A stretch of 62,544 nucleotides of DNA from a virus (Duplodnaviria > Caudoviricetes). The stretch spans positions 1 through 62,544 of IMG/VR virus record IMGVR_UViG_3300037502_000756; one strand, given 5' to 3'. Below the pieces are notes generated by a model. The model worked only from the letters and a program-made list of their open reading frames with translations, made no database searches and had not been told where the DNA came from. Shown in pieces: positions 42,261-52,112 of this stretch (the first letter of the stretch is position 1; each line of letters starts with the position of its first letter). Position numbers and translations under genes: made by a program.

Positions 42261-44201
42261 ATGCCATCTACCTTCACTCCCCGTCTTCGCCTGACCAAGC
42301 CTGGGATCAATGATACGGGCTGGGGCACCACGGTCAACGACGGCACCTTCGAGTTGGTTGACACTTCTATTGCCGGGACCGCTACGATCACCATGACGAC
42401 AGCGGACTACACGCTGTCCACAAACAACGGTGCAGCCGACGAAGCTCGGGCAATGGTGCTGAACTTGACGGGCACCCCTGGAGCGGCGCGGAACGTCATT
42501 TGCCCTGCGGTAAGCAAGGTTTACATCGTTACAAACAACACCGCAGGCGGCTTCGCGCAAACGCTCAAGACATCGTCTGGCACAGGTATTTCGGTTCCAA
42601 ACGGATATACGATTGTGCTGCGTTGCGATGGGACCAACGTAGTTACTACGGGTGTGGCTGATACGGCTATTCCGTTCCTCCAAGCCGGCTCCGGCGCCGT
42701 CGTCCGCACTGCGCAGAGCAAGATGCGTGATGTGGTGAGTGTGAAGGACTTCGGGGCGGTGGGGGATGGGGTTGCGGATGATACGGTGGCGATTACCAAT
42801 GCGCTTGCCGCAGCAAAACGTGTTTATATTCCGACAGGTACTTACTCGGTTTCGCAGGCGGTACAAGTGCGCGATGGGCAGGTGTTGTTTGGAGATGGTC
42901 CATATAATTCTGTAATTACTCGCACAAACACAGGCTCACAAACGATTGACGGAAAGACTGTTGTCGCTGCCTTGTATGTCAAAGGCTCTCACAATGACGT
43001 AAACAATATCCAAATCAACGCAGAAATTACAACGTTGTCAGGCATCTACCTAAACTGCAACAATTCTTCGTTTACTAACGTCCGAATTGTAAACAATTTG
43101 CGTGGGCTTGATAGTTCCACATCGGAAACGTGGATGACCACGTTTAGAAACGTCCACGCCGTTAACAGTGCAGGAACAGCTTTTGATTTTAGTGGCACCG
43201 AGTTCAAGACATCATTGACTTTTGATTCGTGCTGGGCCGAAAACGTCGCAAACGCTTGGGTGTTCAACCGAGCACAATATTGCACGTTGAATAGTTGCGG
43301 TGCGGATTGGGCCAACTACACTTCTTCAGGAAACCCATACGGCACTGGATATGGCAATCGGGCTTCTAGTCTAGGCGTCTATTCTTTTAATGAATCCTGC
43401 CGTGTTGTGATGAACGGCTGCGGAACGGAAAACTCATACGGCAATGGCATTGTGAGTTTTGGTGGCGGTTCAAACCAAGTAACAATCAACAATATTCACA
43501 CGTTTGCAATTAAATCCGAGTTTGTTCCTGACTATGCAAGCTATCCAAACTACGCGGTTGGCCCAATAAATACGGGACTTGGCCGCAACAGTTTAGTCAT
43601 CAACGGTGGGTTGCTAGACTTTTCAAACACCGTGGTCCCCGTTAGCTACCCAGCTAAACCAATCGCTACGCTGGTGGCGTTTAATTATTTGCAGGGAACT
43701 TACGGCGTTCAGAGCGAAAAAATGGTATTCGTTTCTTCTATGTTCGCCCCCGCCGGGACGCAGTTTGCAGGCCAAGGCGACACACTGCGTTACTGCACTT
43801 TCTTATGGGATCAGTACAACAACCCTGTCATCACAGGTTTGCAGACGCATGACTTTCAAGTCACACGCTCGCAGTCGATCACTGGCTCTGGCACAGTCAT
43901 CTCAATCCCTTTTGTTTCGCAGGGAAATCAAAACCGCAAGCACACACTACGAGTTTGGGGCATCAACAACTCATCAAACGGCAATCTTTCCCTGGCTTTC
44001 TCGGTGAACATTGGATGCGCATCGCTGACTTCTGTGGTAAACGTCACATCCGGCAATTTGTTTGGCGTTACGTCTGTTGCCGCGTCTGGATTGAATGTCC
44101 AAATTACTTTGCCATCATCTCTTACAAATCCAATTATTTGTATTGAGGCGGTGAGTGAAAGATCGACGCTAATTGATATTAGCAACATTTCCATCGCTTA
44201 A
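42261..44201 (+). CDS. Tailspike / receptor-binding protein with pectate-lyase-like beta-helix
   Basis: N-terminal virion anchor (WG.T.N), VSVKDFGAVGDGVADDT, Asn/Ser-rich beta-helix. Confidence 0.85.
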   Translation: MPSTFTPRLRLTKPGINDTGWGTTVNDGTFELVDTSIAGTATITMTTADYTLSTNNGAADEARAMVLNLTGTPGAARNVICPAVSKVYIVTNNTAGGFAQTLKTSSGTGISVPNGYTIVLRCDGTNVVTTGVADTAIPFLQAGSGAVVRTAQSKMRDVVSVKDFGAVGDGVADDTVAITNALAAAKRVYIPTGTYSVSQAVQVRDGQVLFGDGPYNSVITRTNTGSQTIDGKTVVAALYVKGSHNDVNNIQINAEITTLSGIYLNCNNSSFTNVRIVNNLRGLDSSTSETWMTTFRNVHAVNSAGTAFDFSGTEFKTSLTFDSCWAENVANAWVFNRAQYCTLNSCGADWANYTSSGNPYGTGYGNRASSLGVYSFNESCRVVMNGCGTENSYGNGIVSFGGGSNQVTINNIHTFAIKSEFVPDYASYPNYAVGPINTGLGRNSLVINGGLLDFSNTVVPVSYPAKPIATLVAFNYLQGTYGVQSEKMVFVSSMFAPAGTQFAGQGDTLRYCTFLWDQYNNPVITGLQTHDFQVTRSQSITGSGTVISIPFVSQGNQNRKHTLRVWGINNSSNGNLSLAFSVNIGCASLTSVVNVTSGNLFGVTSVAASGLNVQITLPSSLTNPIICIEAVSERSTLIDISNISIA

Positions 44202-44219
44202 GGAAATGGCACGATCCAG

Positions 44220-44489
44220 ATGACCCCCCGCCCCGCGCCCCACCTAATCCGCTGGTTCCTCCGCACCACCGGCTACGCTGGCATCTGCCTAGCCCCGTGG
44301 GGGATCTTCATCCTGGCAGAGCACATGTACAGCCAGCGCCTGATCCGGCATGAGCAGGCGCACTGGCGGCAGTGGCAGAGAATGGGCACGGTGCGGTACT
44401 ATGCGACTTATATCTGGCAGGTGCTGCGGTACGGCTACCGCAACGCCCCGATGGAGGTCGAGGCCCGAGCGGCGGAGAACGCGACATGA
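44220..44489 (+). CDS. Small HExxH protein (DUF4157-like)
   Basis: LIRHEQAH..Q..R.G...Y...Y...GY...P.E.EA. Confidence 0.7.
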   Translation: MTPRPAPHLIRWFLRTTGYAGICLAPWGIFILAEHMYSQRLIRHEQAHWRQWQRMGTVRYYATYIWQVLRYGYRNAPMEVEARAAENAT

Positions 44490-44962
44490 ACTTCGACAAC
44501 GCCTTCAAAGAACTCCTCAAGCATGAGGGGGGTTTTGTTGCTCACCCCTCCGATCCGGGCGGTGCCACCAACATGGGCATCACCGAGGCTGTCGCACGCA
44601 GGGTGGGCTACCGGGGCAGCATGAAAGACCTGCCGGTCGATCTCGCCAAGCGGATCTACCTCGAAGACTACTGGAGCGCCGTCCGTGCCGAGGAACTGCC
44701 CCCAGCGGTGCGCTACGCCGTCTTTGACGCTGCGGTGAACTCCGGGGTGCGTCAGTCGGTTTTGTGGCTCCAGCGGGCCCTTGGCGTGGCTGACGACGGG
44801 GTTCTTGGCCCCCGGACCCTGGCTGCTGCTCATCAAGCCAACCCAGAGGTGCTGCGGGCGCGTATGATCGCGCAACGTCTGCGCTTCCTTTCTGATCTCA
44901 GCACCTTCCCCACCTTCGGACGCGGCTGGATTCGCCGCTGTGCAGATGTCCTAGCCATGTGA
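44486..44962 (+). CDS. Endolysin, glycoside hydrolase family 108
   Basis: HEGGF..HP.DPGG.TN.GIT; FD.AVNSG; DG.LGP.TL; FGRGW..R. Confidence 0.92.
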   Translation: MNFDNAFKELLKHEGGFVAHPSDPGGATNMGITEAVARRVGYRGSMKDLPVDLAKRIYLEDYWSAVRAEELPPAVRYAVFDAAVNSGVRQSVLWLQRALGVADDGVLGPRTLAAAHQANPEVLRARMIAQRLRFLSDLSTFPTFGRGWIRRCADVLAM

Positions 44963-44969
44963 GGTCAAC

Positions 44970-45248
44970 ATGCTCCGCTTCGCTCTCGCCGTCTTCTTGG
45001 CCCTCGGGCTGGTGGGCAGCGCGACATCGAAGCTGATAGCGGAGGTGGTGGAAGGCAATGCCCGGGTCGAGCTTCACGACGTTCCAGGCCCGTGCCAAGG
45101 TAATGCCCTGTGGGCGCAGTACCAAGAAGGCAAGATTCGCATCTCAGGGTGCTGGATTCTGGCCGGTGAGATCGTCCAGATCGCGTGGCTGGACGGTGAT
45201 GTCTCACAAATTGCGGCGCGTGCGTTCCGCGAACCAAGGAGTCTTTGA
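44970..45248 (+). CDS. Signal-peptide protein in the lysis cassette
   Basis: Hydrophobic N-terminus, C...GCW, GAGG RBS. Confidence 0.6.
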   Translation: MLRFALAVFLALGLVGSATSKLIAEVVEGNARVELHDVPGPCQGNALWAQYQEGKIRISGCWILAGEIVQIAWLDGDVSQIAARAFREPRSL

Positions 45249-45649
45249 TGAACCCGCTCTTCCTCGGCCCCATCCTCGAAGTCGGCAAGACGCTTCTTGA
45301 TCGGTTTGTCCCGGACCCCGAAAAACGCCGTGAAGCAGAGGCCGAGTTCCTCAAGCAGGCGATGGATGGAGAGTTGAAACAGGTCATTGCTCAACTGGAA
45401 ATCAATGCCAAGGAGGCTATGCACCCTAGCACCTGGGTTGCTGGATGGCGTCCGTATTTTGGTTGGGTTGGCGGTACTGCTTTCGCTTACGTGGGTATCA
45501 TCAAACCGTTGCTGACTTGGTGGGCAAGCATCAAGGGATGGCCCGTGCCGCCCGACATTGATACTGAATTCTTGTGGGTAGTTGTGTCCGGGATGCTGGG
45601 CATCGGCGGGCTCCGCACTTACGAGAAGGCTAAAGGCGTGACGAAGTAA
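45248..45649 (+). CDS. Holin, 3TM (GTA-holin type)
   Basis: LD.F.PDP; IN..EA....WVAGWRP..GW; MLG.GGLRT.EK.KGV. Confidence 0.85.
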   Translation: MNPLFLGPILEVGKTLLDRFVPDPEKRREAEAEFLKQAMDGELKQVIAQLEINAKEAMHPSTWVAGWRPYFGWVGGTAFAYVGIIKPLLTWWASIKGWPVPPDIDTEFLWVVVSGMLGIGGLRTYEKAKGVTK

Positions 45650-45653
45650 CATC

Positions 45654-47645
45654 ATGCCGCTGAAAGCGCTTCGAATCCGCCCGGGGGTGTTCCGAGAGAA
45701 CACCCGTTATGCATCAGAAGACCGTGGTTGGTACTTCTGCGACAAGGTGCGCTTTCGCTCAGGGCAACCAGAGAAGATCGGCGGCTGGCAACAGATCAGC
45801 AATGCTCAATTCCTCGGCGTCTGCCGTTCTCTCTGGCCCTGGACGAACTACATCGGCGTAGGAACGAACCTCAAGTACTACATCTACTTCGGAACTTACG
45901 ACGACATCACACCGATTGATGTCTACACGCTGACCAACCCGTTTACAGCGACACTCAGTTCAGACTCCATCACCGTGGCGCATACATCCCACGGTCGCGC
46001 TATAGGTGACTACGTCCAGTTCGACAACGTCACCGGGCTTGGAGGTAACATGACCCAGGCCGTGCTGGAGCTTGAGTATCAAGTCGCCACGGTCATCAAC
46101 GCCAACAGCTACACGATCAACGCCCGTGACCCGAGCACCGGGGCCCCGGTGCTTGCCAATGCGACCGATGTTTCTGGCTCTCCAGGCGGCGGAACAGTCA
46201 CCGCAGAGTATCAGCCGAACATCGGTAACGACATCCAAATCTCCACAATAGGCTGGGGGTCCGGTGGCTGGGGGTCCGGTGGTTGGGGCGGCTCAGGCTC
46301 CGGTGCTCCGCAGATTGGCATTTGGACGGCATACAACTTCGGTGAAGACCTGATCATCAACCCCAAAGGCCAGGGCATCTACTACTGGGACGCCTCAGCG
46401 GGGACATCTGTGCGCGGGGTCAACATCTCGACACTCCCGGGAGCCAGTGACACGCCCAGCAAGGCGAACTTCGTCGTCGTCTCCGACGCTTCCCGCTTCG
46501 TCCTGGCCTTCGGCACGACGGACTACGGATCGCCGTCCCTGGACCCCATGCTGATCCGCTGGTCGGATCAGGAGACCGCAGCAAACTGGACGCCCGCAGC
46601 CACTACTCAGGCGGGTAGCCTGCGCCTGTCTCACGGCTCAGCCATCGAGGCTGTAGCCCAGGTGCGTCAAGAGATTCTGGTCTGGACGGACACCTCGCTG
46701 TACTCGCTCCAATACCTTGGCCCGCCCATCGTCTGGGGCTCACAAATCCTTGCGGACAACGTCTCCATCGTCAGCGACAGAGCCTGGGCGACCGCCGCAG
46801 GGGTTACCTACTGGATGGGCTACGAGAAGTTCTACATGTTCGACGGGCGTGTTCAAACGCTCAACTGTGACATCCGCCAGTTCATCTTCAACGACTTCAA
46901 CTACAGCCAGAACCTGCAAGTCTTTGCTTCCACCGTTGAGCAGTTCAGTGAAATCTGGTGGTTCTATTGTTCTGCCAATTCCACCGTAGTCCCAACGGTA
47001 GGCTGGGGATCTGGCGGATGGGGATTGGGAGGCTGGGGAGGCGCGGGCAGCGGCCCGCAGATAGACCGCTATGCGGTCTACAACTACGCCGAGAAGATCT
47101 GGTACTACGGCACGATGGCTCGCACCGCTTGGGTGGATGCGAGCGTGGTCTCTGATGTGCCTATCGCTGCGGACTACAACAACCGGCTGAACTTCCAAGA
47201 GACGGGCTGTGACGATGCGTCCACAGTATCTCCCCAGCCTATTGAGTCCTACATCACATCGGCTGAGTTCGACATCGACGACGGGCACAATTTCGGGTTC
47301 GTCTGGCGGGTGATCCCAGACGTTACGTTCAACGGGTCTACAACGGTCCTGCCTGCTCAGCCCAGCGTTGAGTTGTCGCTCTTGACCCTTCAAAACTCCG
47401 GTTCAGGCTATACGCGGGGTGTGGACCCGGTGGCTACGGATGCGTCCAACATGTCTGTGGCGGGGAGCAACGCCTTCCCTGTGGCGCGAGTGGCGACAAC
47501 GACGGTGGAGCGGTTCACCCCGCAGGTCAACATCCGCATCAGGGCACGCCAGATGGCGATCAAGGTGGGGTCTACCGGGTTGGGGGTTCAGTGGCAACTT
47601 GGGGTGCCTAGACTCGATCTCAGACCTGATGGGCGCAAATCGTGA
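45654..47645 (+). CDS. Tail nozzle / stabilisation protein (tail tubular B / P22 gp10-like beta-propeller)
   Basis: RFR.G.PEKIGGW; IRWSDQE; E.WWFY; RPDGR C-terminus. Confidence 0.7.
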   Translation: MPLKALRIRPGVFRENTRYASEDRGWYFCDKVRFRSGQPEKIGGWQQISNAQFLGVCRSLWPWTNYIGVGTNLKYYIYFGTYDDITPIDVYTLTNPFTATLSSDSITVAHTSHGRAIGDYVQFDNVTGLGGNMTQAVLELEYQVATVINANSYTINARDPSTGAPVLANATDVSGSPGGGTVTAEYQPNIGNDIQISTIGWGSGGWGSGGWGGSGSGAPQIGIWTAYNFGEDLIINPKGQGIYYWDASAGTSVRGVNISTLPGASDTPSKANFVVVSDASRFVLAFGTTDYGSPSLDPMLIRWSDQETAANWTPAATTQAGSLRLSHGSAIEAVAQVRQEILVWTDTSLYSLQYLGPPIVWGSQILADNVSIVSDRAWATAAGVTYWMGYEKFYMFDGRVQTLNCDIRQFIFNDFNYSQNLQVFASTVEQFSEIWWFYCSANSTVVPTVGWGSGGWGLGGWGGAGSGPQIDRYAVYNYAEKIWYYGTMARTAWVDASVVSDVPIAADYNNRLNFQETGCDDASTVSPQPIESYITSAEFDIDDGHNFGFVWRVIPDVTFNGSTTVLPAQPSVELSLLTLQNSGSGYTRGVDPVATDASNMSVAGSNAFPVARVATTTVERFTPQVNIRIRARQMAIKVGSTGLGVQWQLGVPRLDLRPDGRKS

Positions 47646-48994
47646 GTATCTGGGCCAACATCATCAAGCGGTTCAAGGCACCGGCACTGCCATTGCCCAC
47701 GCGAGAGTACGACCCAAACTACGTCAACCAGCTTCTCAGCGTCCTTCGACTCTACTTCAACCAACTCGACAACCTTCTGGGGCAGATCGTGGATGCAGCG
47801 CCTGTAAACGTCCAGTTCTATGGCTCCGCCCTGGATGCCTTCGGTCGGGCGCGGTTCAGCCAGCCCTACACCCTGTTTGACAGTCAGAACAGGTATGCCA
47901 AGAACGACGACTTCGATGAAGCTCTGACCGGCTCGGGTACGGTGACCTACGTCGCCAATGAGTCCACGGTAGAGCTAAACACCACTACCGCGTTGGGTGA
48001 CAAGGTCATTCGGCAAACCAAGCGCTCGTTCTCCTACCAACCCGGCAAAAGCCTTCTGGCGTTCAACACCTTCGTGATGAGTGCGGCCCAGCCTGATCTT
48101 CGGATGCGGGTTGGCTATTTCAACGACCAGAACGGCGTGTTCTTTGATCGCAGCGGGTCAACGCTGTACTTCGTGCGCAGGACGTATGTCTCTGGCTCTG
48201 CGGTAGACACCCCCGTAGCTCAGATCGACTGGAACGGCGACAAGCTGGACGGCACTGGGGATTCTGGCTTCACTGTTGACGTCACCAAGGCACAGATCTT
48301 CTGGCAGGACTTCGAATGGCTTGGGGTCGGGTCTGTCCGGTGTGGCTTCGTCATCAACGGGCAGGTCATCATCTGCCATACCTTCCAGAACGCCAACAGC
48401 CTGACCAACGTTTACATGACCACCGCCATCCTGCCGGTGCGGTACGAGGTTGAGAACGTCGGGTCTATCACATCAAACGCCAAGCTCAAGCAGATCTGCT
48501 CGACGGTGATCTCGGAAGGTGGATACGAGAAGAAGGTCGCTCCGCTGGTTGCTCGGATGACAACGGTAAACGCAAGCATCACAACGAGCTTCATCCCGCT
48601 GGTGTCCATTCGGTTGGCTTCAGGACGCACGGGTGCGGTTGTCATCCCGGATATTTACAACGTGCTGCCTACCGCAACGTCGTCTACAACCTTCGAGATA
48701 GCCTTGATCAAGAACCCGACGCTGACTGGTGCATCTTGGGGGGCCACGGACTCTGCCAATGTCGAGAGAGATATCTCTGCCACCGCTTTGAGCGGCGGGA
48801 CGATCATTGAGTCTACATACGTTCTATCCTCCAACCAAGCCCGAGGCACGGTGCTGGGTGGCGGTGATTACAACTGGGATCTCCAGCTTGGAGCCACTAT
48901 CGGCGGCACGAGCGACATTTACACAGTCGCCGCCAGAACGTTGAGCGGCACGCACAGTGCCATCGGCTCTTTGTCCTTCTGGGATCTGACTTGA
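47642..48994 (+). CDS. Virion structural protein (beta-sandwich)
   Basis: P.LPL...EYD..Y.NQL...LRLYFNQ anchor; DAFGR.R; YQPGKS; EWLGVG.VR.GF. Confidence 0.65.
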   Translation: MSIWANIIKRFKAPALPLPTREYDPNYVNQLLSVLRLYFNQLDNLLGQIVDAAPVNVQFYGSALDAFGRARFSQPYTLFDSQNRYAKNDDFDEALTGSGTVTYVANESTVELNTTTALGDKVIRQTKRSFSYQPGKSLLAFNTFVMSAAQPDLRMRVGYFNDQNGVFFDRSGSTLYFVRRTYVSGSAVDTPVAQIDWNGDKLDGTGDSGFTVDVTKAQIFWQDFEWLGVGSVRCGFVINGQVIICHTFQNANSLTNVYMTTAILPVRYEVENVGSITSNAKLKQICSTVISEGGYEKKVAPLVARMTTVNASITTSFIPLVSIRLASGRTGAVVIPDIYNVLPTATSSTTFEIALIKNPTLTGASWGATDSANVERDISATALSGGTIIESTYVLSSNQARGTVLGGGDYNWDLQLGATIGGTSDIYTVAARTLSGTHSAIGSLSFWDLT

Positions 48995-49002
48995 GGTAAG
49001 AC

Positions 49003-50094
49003 ATGAGTCCTGGTGAAGTAAGCGATGCGATGGACGCTGCGGCGGCAGATGCTGCTGCTGGCGCTACTGATGCAAGTCTTGGTGATGCAGGTGCGGCAAA
49101 CGCTGCTGCAGCAATTTCAAACGCGCTAGCCGCAAGCAATAATTTTGATGTAGCGGGCCTTGCAAATTTATCTGATGTTTCTGGGCAGACTATCGAAGGT
49201 GCGCTGGGGCAAATGCTGTTTGATCTCGGTCTTCAGCACGACGTCAGTACACAGCAAGGATTCCAAAACGCAGCTCCAACGCTTCAATCGCTGCAAAACC
49301 TTGGTTTTGGTAACGTAGAGGGGATGAACCCCAATAACCCCACGCAAAGCATCGACGAGATGTTTGCGGCGCAGAACTTTGCGAACAACCTGCCGACATT
49401 CTTCAACTTCATGGTGCCCGGGCTTGGCACCGCGATGAACGTCGCCAAGAACGCAGTGCAGTCTTTTGGCGGGCTGCAGTCGGGCACCATGACGCCTGGG
49501 CAGGCGCTGGGTAACCTGGGGCTTTCTGCTTTCGGTTTCGGCAACAGCAGTTTCAATCAGGGCCCCGCCATTGGCAGCATGTCCACGGGGCAAGCGGCCA
49601 CTACCATCGGCCTCAGTGCCTTGGCAAACCAGCTTGGCATCCCGGGCGGCGCGGCGATGCTGGGCAACATCCTTGAGGGGCAGTTTGGCCCTGTTGCGGG
49701 CGGTCTTGCAGCGGGCCTTGCCAACCAAGCGGTGGGGCAGGCTACGGGCCTTGGGCCCCTTGCAGGGCTCGCCATGCAGGCTACGGGTATCTCGCCCGCC
49801 ATCGGCAAGGCTGTGGCCGAGGCGGTGCCTTCTGCGCCGCAAGGTACGGGGCTCCTCAGCGCCATCACGAGCATGTTCGACCAAGGCACAGCCGGTGCAC
49901 CAACGGGCTCGACCTCCCTCACAATACCCACGGGGGATGCGGCCCCGTACTTTGAGGACTTCGCCCCGGCCCTGACCCCCGCGCCCGTCACCTCGCCAAA
50001 AGCGCAGGAAGCGTCGCCGCTTATGCAGAAACTGATCTACGGCACCGAGCGAGGGGCTTACGGCCCGCTGTTCAAGTACGACATTGGAGATTGA
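49003..50094 (+). CDS. Ala/Gly-rich putative internal/ejected protein
   Basis: Low complexity, hydrophobic glycine-zipper-like segments. Confidence 0.6.
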   Translation: MSPGEVSDAMDAAAADAAAGATDASLGDAGAANAAAAISNALAASNNFDVAGLANLSDVSGQTIEGALGQMLFDLGLQHDVSTQQGFQNAAPTLQSLQNLGFGNVEGMNPNNPTQSIDEMFAAQNFANNLPTFFNFMVPGLGTAMNVAKNAVQSFGGLQSGTMTPGQALGNLGLSAFGFGNSSFNQGPAIGSMSTGQAATTIGLSALANQLGIPGGAAMLGNILEGQFGPVAGGLAAGLANQAVGQATGLGPLAGLAMQATGISPAIGKAVAEAVPSAPQGTGLLSAITSMFDQGTAGAPTGSTSLTIPTGDAAPYFEDFAPALTPAPVTSPKAQEASPLMQKLIYGTERGAYGPLFKYDIGD

Positions 50095-50095
50095 C

Positions 50096-50797
50096 ATGAA
50101 TGACCCCTTCTTCCCTCCCGGGTACTATGAAAGCGGCGAAAACTACGACTATGACTACAATCCTTTCCCCGTAGACTACTACGACCCCGGTGCACATTCA
50201 ACTTACAAAACGTCGTATGACGACCCAGGGGCGTTTGACTTTGGCGATGTAGTCGGCGGATTTGGACGGGCCTTGGGGGGCATGGGCCGCTCCGCACTCA
50301 ACTTCGCGCAGACCCCCCAGGGGCTGCTATCCATCCTGGCCGCGCTTGCTGCCGCTGCTGACCGGCGTCGAGGGACCAAGCCTTCAGGTGGCGGGGTGTC
50401 CTACGGGATGACTCCCCCGCGTCAGTTGACTGCCACCAAGGAGAAGGGTGCCTACGGCCCCATCATGCGCTACGCCGCCGAAGGTGGGCTCATGCACGCC
50501 TATGCTCACGGGGGCCATGTCAACATGGAGGACGGTGGCTTCGTGATGACCAAACGCGCCGTCGATGGCGCGGGCGGACCACGGGGCCTTGCGGCGCTGG
50601 TGCCCGGTGCACAACCGATTCGGGGGCCAGGGACTGGCACAAGCGACGACATCCCTGCGACAATCCACGGACCTAAGGGTCAGACTCCGGCCCGGGTGTC
50701 AAACGGTGAAGCCTACGTCCCCCGAGACACTGTCCAACGCATGGGTGGTGCTCAGCAGATGTACAACCTGATGAACAACCTCCAAAGGAGAGGATGA
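50096..50797 (+). CDS. Putative internal protein with GPGTGTSDDIPA...SNGE domain
   Basis: YAAEGG, YAHGG and GPGTGTSD.IPA...SNGE..V, like the motif at tape-measure C-termini. Confidence 0.7.
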   Translation: MNDPFFPPGYYESGENYDYDYNPFPVDYYDPGAHSTYKTSYDDPGAFDFGDVVGGFGRALGGMGRSALNFAQTPQGLLSILAALAAAADRRRGTKPSGGGVSYGMTPPRQLTATKEKGAYGPIMRYAAEGGLMHAYAHGGHVNMEDGGFVMTKRAVDGAGGPRGLAALVPGAQPIRGPGTGTSDDIPATIHGPKGQTPARVSNGEAYVPRDTVQRMGGAQQMYNLMNNLQRRG

Positions 50798-51783
50798 TGG
50801 CTGGATACACCGATCCTTCGGGGAATTGGATTACCGTTGACCCGGTCACGGGCGCAGGAGCGGGTGCCGCTGGCGGTGGAACCGGGACTGATGTCACTAC
50901 CACCACGGGCAACGAGATCCCCATCGATCAATCGACCCTCTCTCCCAACTTCGCGCCGTATGTCTACGGCATGCTCGGCAAGGGGTGGGAAGCGGCAAAC
51001 ATCCCGTTTCAAGACTATCGGTACGAAAGCGGAGCCCCCGCGCAACGCTTCGCGTTCAGCAACATCAACCCTGCCACGGGACAGTACGAGGGCGGGTATT
51101 CGCCGCTGGAACAGCAGGCGTTCGCAGGACTCGGCGCACTCGGTCAGTACAACCCGACGCAGTTCAGCACCGGGCTAGGGCCGGTAGGTTCTGTCCAGAG
51201 CTACATGTCGCCGTACATGTCGGCGGTGACTGACATCGAGTCGCGTGAAGCGCGGCGACAGGCTGACATCTCTCGGCAGTCGGAGCAAGCGCGTCTTGCG
51301 CAGGCTGGTGCTTACGGCGGCAGCAGGCAGGCCATCATGGAGGCGGAGCGCCAACGCAACCTCGGGCAGCAGATCGGAGACATCACCTCCAAGGGCTTGC
51401 AGTCCGCTTACGACCGGGCGATGGAACAGCGCCTCAAAGAGTCGGCGCTGGGCCTGGAGGCTCAACGTTTCGGTGAGCAGGCGCAACAGTTCGGGGCCAA
51501 TTACGGACTCCGCTCCCTTGCAGACCAGCTTGCCGCAGGCAAGGAGCAGCGTGCAATTGCACAACAGCCGCTGGACTTCGGCTATCAACAGTTCAAGGAG
51601 TCGGTGGCTGCACCGCGCGAGGCCGCGACATTCATGTCGTCGCTGCTGCAAGGTCTGCCGACAAGGGCCAATCCGTATTACGGGGGTACGCAAGGAGAGT
51701 CGGCAGCGGCTAGCGCAATTGGCGGGGGCCTTGGGGCTTACAACCTAATGAACTATTTCGGCAACATCGGGAAGAAGCCATGA
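50794..51783 (+). CDS. Putative DNA ejection/pilot protein
   Basis: YMSPY...V, AGAYGGSRQAI..AE..RN, Gln-rich coil, Gly-rich C-terminus. Confidence 0.7.
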   Translation: MMAGYTDPSGNWITVDPVTGAGAGAAGGGTGTDVTTTTGNEIPIDQSTLSPNFAPYVYGMLGKGWEAANIPFQDYRYESGAPAQRFAFSNINPATGQYEGGYSPLEQQAFAGLGALGQYNPTQFSTGLGPVGSVQSYMSPYMSAVTDIESREARRQADISRQSEQARLAQAGAYGGSRQAIMEAERQRNLGQQIGDITSKGLQSAYDRAMEQRLKESALGLEAQRFGEQAQQFGANYGLRSLADQLAAGKEQRAIAQQPLDFGYQQFKESVAAPREAATFMSSLLQGLPTRANPYYGGTQGESAAASAIGGGLGAYNLMNYFGNIGKKP

Positions 51784-52109
51784 TGCAGCAACCACAAATG
51801 CCTGGACAAGCGCCCACCATGAGCGGGCTTTTTTCTGCCATGCAGGCGAAGCGGGGCGTGCAGCAGCCGGTGCCGAGCACGGTTGACTCGCTAGTCAAAC
51901 TGCCGCCTGAAGTGCTGAAGCAGTTGTACCTGAACCCGCCGGAAGGCGTGCCGACGTACGCCATCATTGCTGCGCGTGATCGCCAGATCAAGATGCAGCA
52001 GATGCGCGAGGCGCAGCAGCTTCAGTCCGCGCAGCAGCAACTGGCACAGCAGCCCCGCACTGTGGCCGAAGGCGTCATGGGTGCGCTCAACTTGTTGAAG
52101 ACGGACTAA
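51780..52109 (+). CDS. Gln-rich putative internal protein
   Basis: ATGA coupling, QQP.TV.E. Confidence 0.6.
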   Translation: MMQQPQMPGQAPTMSGLFSAMQAKRGVQQPVPSTVDSLVKLPPEVLKQLYLNPPEGVPTYAIIAARDRQIKMQQMREAQQLQSAQQQLAQQPRTVAEGVMGALNLLKTD

Positions 52110-52112
52110 ATC

